Below are positions 1-14,742 of a DNA stretch of 64,000 bases, piece after piece. The stretch comes from Chlorokybus atmophyticus (Eukaryota; Plantae; Mesostigma and Chlorokybus algae), in the NCBI GenBank assembly GCA_009103225.1, contig RHPI01000777.1:62001-126000 (forward strand), read 5' to 3'. Numbering within the stretch: the stretch's first letter is position 1; every line of letters begins with the position of its first letter. A model generated the notes under the pieces. The model had not been told where the DNA came from. It made no database searches and worked only from the letters and a program-made list of their open reading frames with translations. A program made the position numbers and the translations under genes.

Positions 1-255
1 GGCCAACCACCTTGCCGCCCTGTGGCTGGCGGCAGGAGCGGCGGTCTCCTTGGCGGCAGAGGCGGCGGGGATTGTTGGTGTTTCTAGGGGCTTGCTTGAG
101 AGTCGTAGAGACGATAGGGAGGCGGCGTCATCTGCTGAGACTGCTTGCTCGGTGGGTGCGCGTGCAGGCTGCCGGCGCAGGTGGAGGATTAGGGTTTGCT
201 GCTTGTGCAGGTTGTTGGTTGGGAGGGGAGCAGCAGGGTTAGGCTGCACGCCGCC

Positions 256-3018
<2,763 letters not shown>

Positions 3019-4325
3019 TTGGAACGCAATGGTTTAGCGGTTTGTGCGCGCTGTAAATGCACCTGTGTGCATGGTGTCCAATCTTGGATTTGCATTACTT
3101 GTGTATTGCATGTTCGAAATCATCAATGCATGCAATGGCTTTTTGGCTGCATGGTCTCAACTGTTTCAACTGGCATGGTGCTGAACTTGATTGTTCAACA
3201 ACCGCAGTGGTGATTGCTGCGGTTGTTAAACATCAGGCACTAACACAGGTACTTGATTACCTCTACATGCTCGACCTGCAATTCAAGGGTAATCAAAAAA
3301 GCACACAGAGTTCTAGGGTGTGAAGCCCTTTACACACATATGGTCACACCTGCTGTGTGCTGTGTGCTGTGCATGCGCGTGATGCAGCTTGCATCTTTTG
3401 TACACTGTAATGCACATGTTTGCATTTGATTGTTGTACGTGTGTTGGCGCACGTAGCATACTCTCTAAGCCTTGAACTTGCATTTGCGGAGGACATACCT
3501 AGATGGCATGTTAAACTCAACAAGTGATGGTTGGTACTCATGATTTGATGCGCAAAGTTCCAACACATTGTCCCTTCAAAACTTGCACATAAATGGTGCA
3601 TACATCATCTGCACACAATGATAAACATGCAATTGTTTTCTTGCAACATATATGTTTGCAAGTAAGGGAGAGCGTGTATGTTGTAATGTAGAAAACTTGT
3701 TGGTGATAAGTTGGATTATGTGATGTAAAACATCAAGCAGATTGTGTCCTGCTTACTTGACCATTATGTTCTTCACTTGAAATTACATGCACAAAATGCA
3801 TGGTGCAGGGAAAGTTGTAACTCTGCAATTGGGTAATCAAGTTGCATGTGTTATAGTTTAAACAAGTGCAAAACGATGTTTACAATCTTCTATCATTTTA
3901 TATAATGGCGGACGAACATTGAGAAGAGAGAGAGAGAGAGAGATTGAACATCGCCATTCTTGCATCGGTGTTATACGCATGAATGAATGTTTATCTTGAT
4001 GTATTATGAAGCTATACCATTAAACTCGGCGCGTTCATGCCTAATCGCTTGAGCACTTGTAATTCCCTCAGTTTATAATAAAGATATCATATAAATCATG
4101 ATGCATTAAATAAGTTACAGTTCTAGAGGTTCGTGGGTAGCTTCACCAAAATACCATATTGGTTATGCGTAACTTACCCATAACTGAGCTCATGGCTCAA
4201 TAATGAGTAAATGCTTGCAAAAGAGTACTCTCATTATTGCTGAGCCCTCTTTATTGAAGGCTCACATAAGGGGGGCCCTTCGAGTAAATGTGGTATTTTT
4301 GTGTGCTTTCACTTCTCTTCATATA

Positions 4326-4860
4326 TGTAACGGGAAGGTACATTATATTACCACAAATCGACCATAAAAGTACCAAGTCTTTTGTGGTCGAGTGGGCTGT
4401 GACATTGGTCCTCGGAGCTTGAGACCCGGGTTCGATTCCTGCCTTGCACACGAATTCCGCGGTCGTTGATTCTCGATCCAATAATCGTCGTAAATGGTCA
4501 TTTATAAGTGCCATCATCGATGGGTCGCGACTTGCCTAATGGCAGTCGCGCCGAACTGACCAGTTCAGTCGGCGCGGCAGGGCGCGACCTGCCTATCGCG
4601 GCGACGCGACCTGTGGGGCCGGCAGCGGCGCGATATGCGCGCGCTGACCGATATGGGCCTAAATTGGCCGGTCCTCTGATGGTGGGGCCGGTGACCGACC
4701 CTAAATCAGACCCCTGGGATTGATTCCCCAGCTGATGGGCGCCAGCTGCCGAGGACGTCAGCGTTCTTAAGTGGGGGGGAATGTAACGAGAAGGTACATT
4801 AAATTACCACAAATCGACCATAAAAGCACCAAGTCTTTTGTGGTCGAGTGGGCTGTGACA
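4326..4860 (+). mobile_element. Non-autonomous miniature LTR retrotransposon (TRIM-like), complete
   Basis: 79-bp direct repeats 4326-4404 and 4782-4860, both TG...CA, with 3 mismatches. 5-bp TSD ATATA at 4321-4325 and 4861-4865. PBS-like TGGTCCTCGG at 4406 follows the 5' LTR; polypurine tract AAGTGGGGGGGAA abuts the 3' LTR. No pol ORF inside. Confidence 0.88.
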
Positions 4861-5679
4861 ATATAGCATCCTCCTTTATTAAATGGCTTGTGACGCTTTA
4901 CATCTGAGGGGGATGATTTACGAAGGTGTCACGGTGATGACCCTCGGCACGCACCTCCATCTCGCACTCCTGATGCCCCCTGCCCCAGCTGGATCACCCG
5001 AATAGTTCCCCTGATTAATCCCTTGAAAACCAGCGTGACAAGACCCATCGACGCCCCTCTCATGCGAACCAATCAGCAGTGAGAGCTTATGGTGGCGGCC
5101 GACATCGACGGCTCCCTTAGGCAAACCCTAACAAGGAAGTTGGCAGTAAGTTGCAAGTAAGCGGACTGGCGCGGAAGCAGCGGCGACACTTCCACTAAGA
5201 CTTCCGAATGTCACACCAGCCTAAGCGAACCGCGTGCATGCACGCGGCCTTGCATTAGAACTGAAACTTGTAAGAGTTCACACCTTAAACCCTTGTTGTA
5301 TACTTTTCCTCCTGACTTGCCGCACCTTTTGTTGCTCTGCATTTCTCTTGCGAATTGCTGTTGAATCCCGCTGCATGTGGATTGCATCACCTTCTACACA
5401 ATACTGTATTTTGTATGCCTTGCACAGCCGCCTCGGCAATTGCAAACATCCACTAGCGCACGGTTCTTGAGTGCTTGCAGAACGTAAACTCGCTTTACTT
5501 AGCTAAAACTCAAACCACGCACAAACACCCTTGCATGCCTGCTTTGTGCTTGCTCACATGCATCCTCAGTATTATGAGCTTGTTAACTTGCAACTTACTC
5601 CACAGCACTTCAGTCATCGTTAGGTGTTTCTGCTTGTTTTGCTTTGCTCGTGTTCGTTATATGTGTGTGCATGCGTCTC

Positions 5680-6830
5680 AAGAGTCATGGGCTCAGCTGG
5701 AGGACCCGACAAGCAAGATCATCCCAAGGTTATATAGGCTACCCAACTATGCTACCCCGTTAGCAGACTTCACTCCGAATTCCTCCTTTCTACCAGAAGA
5801 ACAAGTGGGCGAACCCGACCCACTCGCTGCTGCAAGCATCTGTCGTTCTCTCTATCGTGACCACAATTCAAAAAGCGAAGAAGACATGGTGGCCACCAAT
5901 GGCACTCGCAGCAGCAGCGGAGACAGTAGCAGCGGCAGGAAGCTCATCTTCATTGGTGCTGCTGGCTCCATCTCATTAAAGGGGTTGCTCAGTCGCTTCA
6001 ACTCCATCATCCTAACAGTGAAAATACGCGCAAAAGGCAAATGGAACGACCTACAGCAGAACCTTATTGCCGCTAATTACTTGGATGACGTGGCAATGGG
6101 CGTGTGGCACGAGATTGCCTCTGCACGCGACATGCTTCAAGATGAAATCCTTCTCCGCTATGGTTCCTCTTCGGGTCCCACCACAAGAAGTCGATTAAGA
6201 ACACCATTGACCCTACCAGCTACGGCACTGTGTACAAGGTTGTACAGGTGCGCGCCACAGGCACTCTATCTCTTTGGGCTCCATTTTTAATATTTGAAAT
6301 GACCATGTGCTAAATTGCTTTCCATGTCATCTCCCGTACGTTGAAGGCCTCGGCAAACCTCGCCCGGGGGTTTAATGACCCGAGCAATGCACCGGATGCG
6401 CCTCAGACCGTCGCCCTCTGGTGGGATGTGACACTTGCTGGGGCACCTACCACAACATCACTACGAGTACTGCAGCCCCTATGCTTCTTACTCTCCCCTT
6501 TGCAACTTTGCATGCTGCCCTGCAGCATTGATAACTTTTCACACTTGTGCACTTCACCGTACACACTCCCATTGCGAGACACATCCCGCAGTCGAGCCTT
6601 TCTTGCACGACAATGGTTTTGAAGTTTAAGAAGAAGCTGCTTAGGCAAGCAGAGATGGTTGTTAATTCGCGTCCACGCAATATGTTACTTAATCTGAACC
6701 ACACTATCTGGCAAGCATTGCTAAGGTAATGTCATTGCACAATCTGTACGCCTACAGCGGTTTTGTTCAGCATGCCAGCCTCCATTCAACAGAGGCTATC
6801 GACCATTGGGCAACTGCTTGAAGCGTATGA
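5680..6830 (+). other. Unassigned spliced coding-like region, probably a degenerate gene or TE gene
   Basis: Long open frame (ORF 5475-6290) with protein-like composition, plausible introns (donors near 6248 and 6725) and a frame change near 6160. No family recognised. Confidence 0.3.
6156..6394 (+). repeat. 239-bp direct repeat, copy 1 (copy 2 at 17067-17305)
   Basis: By eye the sequence cgctatggttcc...gcaatgcaccg is identical at both loci. Confidence 0.92.
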
Positions 6831-8252
6831 GGTAGTACAATTAATACAAACCTCGTCAACAACGAGTCACTCGTTCATGCGCCAGGTTTGCACGTGATGC
6901 GCACCACAAGCAACGCAACGTACACAACATGGCCAGGGAGGCACCGCGGGTGCGTGCGCGGCCGGTCCCCAATCACTTGATGGCTTGTGGCGGCCGGGAT
7001 CGCCGCAGCGCGTCGCGGCCAAAGCTTGTTCTGGTTGTTCACAAACTCCCTCGCTGTCCCGGTCACTCAGCATCACTGTCCGGCATAAACCAGTGTCTCT
7101 TGAGCACACTGAAGTGAGCACCCGCCGCGGTCGCCCATAGTGGAGCAGATCCTGGTTACGGCTGATATCGGAGTCCTCTGCGGGGGTCCTAGCTGAATTA
7201 CCACCTTTCGCTGCCAGAGGATAGCCCGAGAAAACCAGGAGCTGTAGATATCTGAAGTTTCATGTGCTGCTTTAACGGCGTTTTACTTGACCGAACGCAC
7301 GTACGGACTGCATTGGACGAATGCACGTTAGGTTTCTGGAAAATAGGTCTGGAACGTGCGGGCAGCGGCGGCGGCGGCGGCGTTGGGGACCGTGGTGTCG
7401 GCGAGAGCGCCATTCAGCGTCGTTGTGTCTGTTGCGTGGGTTGTTCAGTGCCTGATCTGACAGCAACACGGTTGTGCTTCCTCGTAATTTTCCAACTATG
7501 GGTGTTATGCTTGGGCGAAAGAGGCGCCGGCGCTGTTGTGCATGTCGGCGTTCTCTTCGTAAATGAGGGGTCCGTAATTGGAAACAAGCAGTTCTAGCGA
7601 CTACTTAAGCCAGTAGTATTTGTGCTGTTTGTCAACGTCCATCCATCTTGAAGAGTAGTTACAGTAGCTTGCACCATGCAGCAACCGGGCGTGCCCACAA
7701 TACTGCAGGCCAGGCAGGCTTGCTCGCCGCCATCTTCACAAGCTTCCCCTCAGGTTAGCTGCATGTTTGCCAACACGGCCGTGATTATCTGCGTGCTGCC
7801 TTACAACACATAACGCAAACATTTTGCGCTTAGCATGCTATGCACAAATTGTTACCACCGCACAGCATACATAAAACGCGTGCAGTTGGCAACTGCCGTT
7901 AGGCTGGAAACTTGTGCCTGTTTGCCTGCGTAGCAGCCGTAGTTGTGCAGGGCATGGTTGGAACTGGAGCACTGACAAGACAATCTTGCAACTAGTTGCA
8001 AACGAGTTGTCTTTTCTCACCCGTGATGAAGCGCATGAAGTGTCCAACGTTGATTGGTGGTAGTTCTCTTGAATTGAAAAGTTGTCCGCAGCTGGCTAAA
8101 CAATTATTGCTGAGACTACAACCATTGTGCGCTTGAACTCACAACCAACAGGGATTTTGCGCTGGCCTGGCCATTCTTGGTACGTAGTTAAGGCTGGCTT
8201 TGACCATTCTTGCTTACAGAGTGGAGAAGACTCTGTTTCACCCACTGACAGC

Positions 8253-11200
8253 ATGGAGGAGGCAGCTGGTGTGCGTGGGATGCTGGATGACATACACATC
8301 ACGGACGCTGTGGATTCACAGACGCATGCAGCTTGGGCGGGTGTTGTGGATGACAGGGCTGCTGCTATGAGTCCTCGGCAGGAGGACACAAGCACCGTTA
8401 AAGGTGCAGTGTCCATGGACATTCAAGAGGCAGGCGAGGAAAAGGCAGAGCTACAGGATCGATTGAGTACGCAGCTCGCAAGTGCCGTCAAGATGTTGGG
8501 AAGTGAACGCGCTGACATGCTCGCACAGGTAAAGGCGCATTGCATTGCACCCCAGCAACAGTCCATGTAGAGGTTGCAAGCAGTAGTAGCTGCCCAGCAG
8601 CACAGGGGCTTAAACATAAGCACAATAATATAATCCCTGGTCGCATGCAAGCACATGCATTATCAACATGCAACCGCTTGAGAAGTTGGACTGAACCGTA
8701 CATGCAGGTGTGGCGGCCATCCAAGTCGTCGGAGTCATTCATGCTGGAAACGCGAGGCATGCCGTTCTCGACAGCGGTGCGCATGCGTGGCTGTATACGC
8801 AGTGTACTTGTTACTACACCTGGCAATAGCCTAGGATGGCTGGAGTAAAAGCAGTCAGAGGCGGTACAGCATGTATAAAACTTGTTGTTGGTGTGTATGC
8901 AGGCGAGCGGCACGGGACTGTCGGTGTATCGCGACGTGTCAGCAGCATACACATTCCCAACAAACCTCGGCAATGGGAAGCTACTGCCAGGCTTGCCTGG
9001 GCGCGTCTGGCTGAACAGGAGACCCGAATGGTCGCCCAATGTACAGTTTTTCGATCGATCGGAGTACCTGCGCAAAGAGCCTGCCGTGCAGTGCAATGTG
9101 CGCGCAACTTTGGCGACACCAGTGTTCTCCCAGGACGGCTTTCGTTGCGTTGCAGTGTTGGAGCTTGTGATGCTCAGCGATGACATTCTCTTTGGGCATC
9201 AGCTGGAAAGTGTATGCCACGCGCTGAAATCAGTCGACCTTTCTGGTTACCAGGCGTCCAAACCGCTTGCATTGGAGGTATATGGCTTGTGTAGCATGCA
9301 TGTGGCCAGTCGCTGGTCCGATGTTCATTGCCGGTGATGGTTACAACAGGTTTCGCAACACCCTCGGGCAACAATCTGCTCGGAGCTCTTCGGCGTCCTG
9401 CAACAGGCCTGCCAAGAGCACAACCTACCTTTGGCTCAGGTAAGAGCACGTACTGCAGTACGTTGCAGTCGGTTGTTTGGGGCCCACATGAGCATTTTGC
9501 TTTTGTAATCATCTTCTGTAATCATCTTACGACAAAACCAAGCTCACAGTCTGCTACTACAGGCTTGGATGCCCACTGTGCAAAGCGTCTCCTGTAGTAA
9601 GGACGATGGCGCCAAACAAGATGCAGCCACAACAGAAGTTGTCATGCAGACTGCAAGCGCACCATCTTGTGTTCGAGATCCTGTAAGTGTGCACCGTTGA
9701 GCCACTTGACACGTGCCAACGGCTCAGTGCTGAACCAATGTGATTGTCACTGTAGACAATGTGGGCGTTCCGGACTGCTTGTGTTGAGCATACCTTGGCA
9801 AAGGGTGACGGTAATCCTGGGCGAGCGTGGCAGTCCGGCGAGATGGAAACATGCCGGGACATGGCGTCATACAAGCGCTCAGAAAACCCTTTACAGCACT
9901 ATGCTCTCATGTTTGATGTGCATGGCGCATGTGCCGTGCGCGTGCGCAGCCAGCTGAGCAAGAACACAGACTACGTTTTTGAGGTACTGCTTGCATTGCT
10001 TGCACTATATGCTTTTGAGTTGTGTTGCGATAATGCAGTTTGCAACCACTTTGGTACAAGGAAGTTGAACTCACCAGGCCAATGTCATTGCAGTTTTTCC
10101 TGCCCCGCAATGTGCGCGACTCTACAAGTCAGGACCTGCTGTTTGCAAAGATAGCGCGCACCGTGGAAAGTGCGTGCAGCCACATGTCCTTGCGAGTGCA
10201 GCCAGGCATGGCCACGCGCTGCGCAGCTGGCCCGCGCACATCCTCTGCAGCTAGCATTGCCACGGCCATTGTTGGGCCAGCCCATCCGCAACCGCAGTCC
10301 ACTTTAGATGTCAATAATGGCATGGCATTCATTCGACGCAAGGAAGGCCGAAGAAGGGGCTCTGGAGAAAAGACGATTAGCTTAGACGTTCTGCAGCGAC
10401 ATTTCGCTGGTAGCTTGAAGGTGAGACTTGCAAAGCAAGGCGTCTGGTGCGATGCTTGGATTTGCCATGTTACCCAGAGGTCCTGTTTATAACAAGCATG
10501 TTCATGCTCACAGGACGCAGCAAAAAGCATCGGGGTCTGCCCCACAACGTTGAAACGAATATGCAGGCAACATGGCATACAGCGTTGGCCATGTCGCAAA
10601 ATCAATAAGGTACATGTTGTGAGTTGTCAGCTGAGGGGATGTTTTGCATCCTTGCCACATCTCTCTGAGGCTTTCTATTGTTACACTCTTTGACACAGCG
10701 CCTGCTGCTGCAGGTTAGCCGATCTATACGCAAGCTTCAGAATGTGATTGAGAGCGTACAGGGTGCTGATGCCACCCTTAGAATTGACCCTTTCACTGGG
10801 GATGTAGTGGCAGCAGCAGCAGCTGCGCAAGCAGCAGAGCTTGCAGCCAAAGTGAAAAGTGCAAAAGAGGGCAAGGCAGCAACAAAGACTGACAAACCAC
10901 CACTGGCTCCAACAACATCACAGCCCAGCCCAAGCACACGACCACCATCGGCACCGACGCGCGCAACAACAGCGCAATCGGCCAAAGAGCCTTCACCTGC
11001 CAACCTGCAGCAAAGACCAAGTTCATTGCATGTTGCAGTAGCTGCTGGCAGCTCGAATGACATGTTCTGGTCAAATGCAACATGGCATGGTGGTGAGGGC
11101 GGGGTGATGATGCGCGCTCAGCAAGAAGGTTGGCTCTCTGCCAATGATCTTCTCATGGATGAGCCCTTGCTGGGCAGGTCCACCTCAATACGGTCAGGCT

Positions 11201-12323
11201 GGCCAGATCACGGGGCTGTCTCATCTCCATCGCTCTCTGTGGAAGATGGAATGGATGCGGACTTGGATGTCCTTGATGCCACAGCCCATGGCGCAGACAT
11301 TTTGCATGGTGCCTGGTTGCAAACTCCGGACATGGACCATGATGTGGGCACCAGCGAACTCAACGGCTTTCCTCCAAGCACTGCACTGCCAAACCTGCAC
11401 AATGTTGTTTCCTCCGCGCCTTCACGCTCTTTGGGCATTGACATCCCTGCAGCTGAGAGCAGGCCAGCCACAGGAAGAGGTTCGCCAGAAGGGCGAATGC
11501 ATGGTGGATCATTGGTCGCCATGGCGCTGGGAAGGTGAGCTACTGCTGAGGGTGCTGCATTGCGTTGAATTGAGCTTCGTCTCTGAGTGGCAGTTTTTGA
11601 AATGAGCATACTCAAGTTGTCTACGACAGCTACTGGATGTTTTCTGATGTGATTCAATCGTGCAATGTGTTGAAGGTTTGAATCCACTTCAGCGAAATCG
11701 CCAGCCAAATCAGGAACGGTGCCGCTGGCGCCATTTGAAGGACTGTCTGCGCTGGCTGAGCATCATGCAGATGCGCCAAACTGGATGAGCCCAGACAAGC
11801 CAGCAGGTTGGGCTCAGCACGCCATGCAGGATACACTGTCAGTGTCATTGCCACCACTTAGAACAGAGGCCAGTATCTCGCACAGTCCACCCAGCCGGGC
11901 GTCACCCTCCCCCAAAGAAACGCTTACCGTCAAAGCCACGCTCAACGATGACACTGTGCGCTTCCGTCTTCATCCTGATTCAGGATACGAGGGGCTGGTG
12001 CAAGAGGTAGGGATTGGGATGGTACATGAAGTGTGCATCTGCTGTACATTTGCTCCAAGGTCTCACTTGTGCACTGCTGGTGATCAGGTGGCCTCATCGT
12101 TCCAAATTGAGCCGACTGCGTTCACTCTGAAGTACATGGATGATGATGAGGAGTGGATGATGCTTGCCAACAGTCGGGTAGGCAGTGTGGCTGTCCTGCT
12201 TGTAGGATGCATGGTGATTTCCAATTGCAGATCAGCTTACGTGCTATTCTCCAGGATTTTGCGGAATGCATCATGTTGGCGAATGCGAAGAATGTTATCA
12301 AGCTTCATGTGCGTTTGCGGTGA
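8253..12323 (+). CDS. NLP: NIN-like protein (NLP): GAF-like nitrate-response region, RWP-RK DNA-binding domain, C-terminal PB1
   Basis: Spliced exons give [56 protein letters not shown] and VFE|FFLP. RWP-RK: [14 protein letters not shown]|[32 protein letters not shown]|VSRS. PB1: [15 protein letters not shown]...[15 protein letters not shown]...VIKLHV, TGA at 12321-12323. The start ATG 8253 is inferred. Confidence 0.93.
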
Positions 12324-12386
12324 CTGCCACTTTGGCTATACAAGGCGGACAACGCCGTGTTAACATTGCCGTTCTTGTGTACAGGT

Positions 12387-12560
12387 TGTGTGTATATGCA
12401 ATAACATAAAGCTATCCAATTTTTCGAGACATGTCATCTAGGATTGATATGTCTTGGGCTGGTGTCAGGTTCGTGTGTGTGTATATGCCATAGTATAAAG
12501 CTATTAAGTTGCTCAGACACGTCATCCCAGGAGTGGTATGTCATAGACTCGTGTCAAGTT
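12387..12560. repeat. Degenerate tandem duplication, two units of about 88 bp
   Basis: Both units run tgtgtgtatatgc..ata..ataaagctat...gaca.gtcat..cagga.tg.tatgtc.t.g.ct.gtgtca.gtt. Confidence 0.6.
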
Positions 12561-13141
12561 GCTTTACACCATGAGAGGAACATGTCACAACAGAGGTAGC
12601 ATGTAGGTTGTGCTATGTATGTAGGTAAGAAGCTGAGCTTATTACCGAATACTATCCCCTTGATATTGTTACTACGGTACTTGATGAGAGTTGGTGATGA
12701 ACACAATAGTGTCTTCGATTTACTTTACATAGATGAGTTTGGTGTATAGCGGACATTGCAAACCGCTCAACCTAAGTGTACAAGAGGCGCCATGGGGATT
12801 TGTGTTGCTTCCTTGCTGTTGTGGTGTAGAATGGTTGTCATATAGTTTGATGCAATTGCCAAAGCCATACAAGAGGTTGCATTTGTTCGACTGACTCACT
12901 CGTATAGGCCGTGTGCACTGCTGCAAGTGCCTTACACCCAGTGCGAGATGAGTGACATGCACTCTGGTTGTAATAATGACTGCATGCCCGATGCATGCAC
13001 ATATGCACGCCGCATTGTATGTACATTGCAAGTACGAGAGAATACCAGTAACAAGGGAAACACACTTGAGAAACCACACTATGATTAAGGCCAGCTTTTG
13101 CCTTCATGCAATGACATCAATGCATGTACTTCACTTCTATG

Positions 13142-13470
13142 TTAGCTTTGATGTATGCCATCTTCTTGATTGAAAAGGACAAAAGTGTCTAGTGTAGCAT
13201 TAGCGTGAGCATCAGCAACAACTACACGCCGACCATGCAGCGCGAAGTCAATGTGCGGGCTTTTAATGTCATCGCCGCCAACAATTGCCTCAGGTTGCAT
13301 GAACTCCGAGCCACGAGGAACAAGGCTCCGGTCATGCAACTCGCAATGTCCGTTAGTTCTATATAGCCAATGTTCTTTAAAGGTTATTGTATTCAGCAGC
13401 ATCCAAGCGCCGTCATCGCGTGAATCAGTTACTTGATTCATGAAGCAGTAGCAACACATAGCTACAGAAT
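13142..13470 (-). pseudogene. C-terminal fragment of a paralogue of the neighbouring F-box gene
   Basis: FMNQVTDSRDDGAWMLLNTITFKEHWL...DRSLVP...HGRRVVVAD...LDTFVL aligns with FMGQVTDAGCHDYTWLLLNTATFKERWL...DRSLVP...HGRHVVLAD...LDTYDL of the 14743-16422 gene. The upstream part is lost at the poly-C/N junction. Confidence 0.7.
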
Positions 13471-13491
13471 GTCCTGACCCACCTCCCAAAG

Positions 13492-13571
<80 letters not shown>

Positions 13572-13572
13572 N
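13492..13572. repeat. 80-nt poly-C run ending in an N, likely an assembly junction
   Basis: Directly visible. Confidence 0.9.
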
Positions 13573-13720
13573 GTACAGTGGCAGCGGTGGTGTCGACGTT
13601 GGGCTCGTGCATGCGCTGGCCGAGCATGCGACTGCTTATGTGCTCGTATGGGCAGGCACGCGGGACCGAACGAACAGCAGGCCCAACCTGCTGAGGATCG
13701 TGCTTGGGGCGCCGGCATGA
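13573..13720 (+). pseudogene. larC: Last exon of a second LarC-like (nickel-pincer Ni-insertase N-terminal domain) gene copy
   Basis: Reads RWPSMRLLMCSYG-[1-nt shift at tatgggcaggc]-AGTRDRTNSRPNLLRIVLGAPA-TGA. This matches the LarC motif WPxM..xGYGAGxRD...RPNxLRxxxG and is paralogous to 20124-20301. Confidence 0.7.
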
Positions 13721-13998
13721 TCTTGTTGTTGTGGTGGTTGGGTACACTTGACTGTTACTGCAAACGCACATATTGCCTGGTACTGTGCTGGCCTTACGAT
13801 GGTTGTACCAAGTATCCTTATGGTGCATGAGGGAACAGGTGCTTAATGGGGCGCAACCAACGCTGCAAACACTCAGGCATGCGACAAGCATTGGTTTGAA
13901 TCGAAACAAGGTATGTGACGACAAGAATCGATAAGCCACTATGGAGTATGGGCACAAAGTAAGGGCAGGGAAGGCAGGCGGGCAACAAGTCTGCCCGC

Positions 13999-14373
<375 letters not shown>

Positions 14374-14742
14374 GCGCGCGCGTNCCGAGCCCACGAGCCC
14401 GCTGCACTGGCATAGGTCATGACCAGGTGCCAGGGTAGGTGAGGTGGCTGTGGTTTCACTGTGGTGGTGTGTGGTTTGATGCACTTACATCCGTTTTATA
14501 TCACAACGAGAGGCACGCACAACCCTGACTATGGTAATATAGCTCACGATATGTTAGTGGTACTGCCTTTTGCTGGAACTGTCGCAGTTTGGCTAGTGAG
14601 CGCATGCACAACAATACCAGGAATACAATACAATGCTTGGTGAGTGCGGGACACTTGGATATCAAAAGCCTATGTTCCATCCCTTGTTATGATACACCCG
14701 CATTTCTTCTACCACCACCACTACTTCTTGTGTACGCTAGCT

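Noticed and set aside
4420-4450. tRNA gene
   Set aside because: Only a T-arm/B-box-like fragment is present, with no acceptor stem, D-arm or anticodon arm; it lies inside the TRIM.
4927-5040. Possible solo LTR (TGTCACG...CGTGACA, 114 bp)
   Set aside because: The flanks (gaagg / agacc) show no target-site duplication and there is no second copy in the window.
5230-5247. Helitron 3' hairpin (18-bp palindrome CCGCGTGCATGCACGCGG)
   Set aside because: No CTRR terminus at the expected distance on either strand, and GCATGC-type palindromes are common in this sequence.
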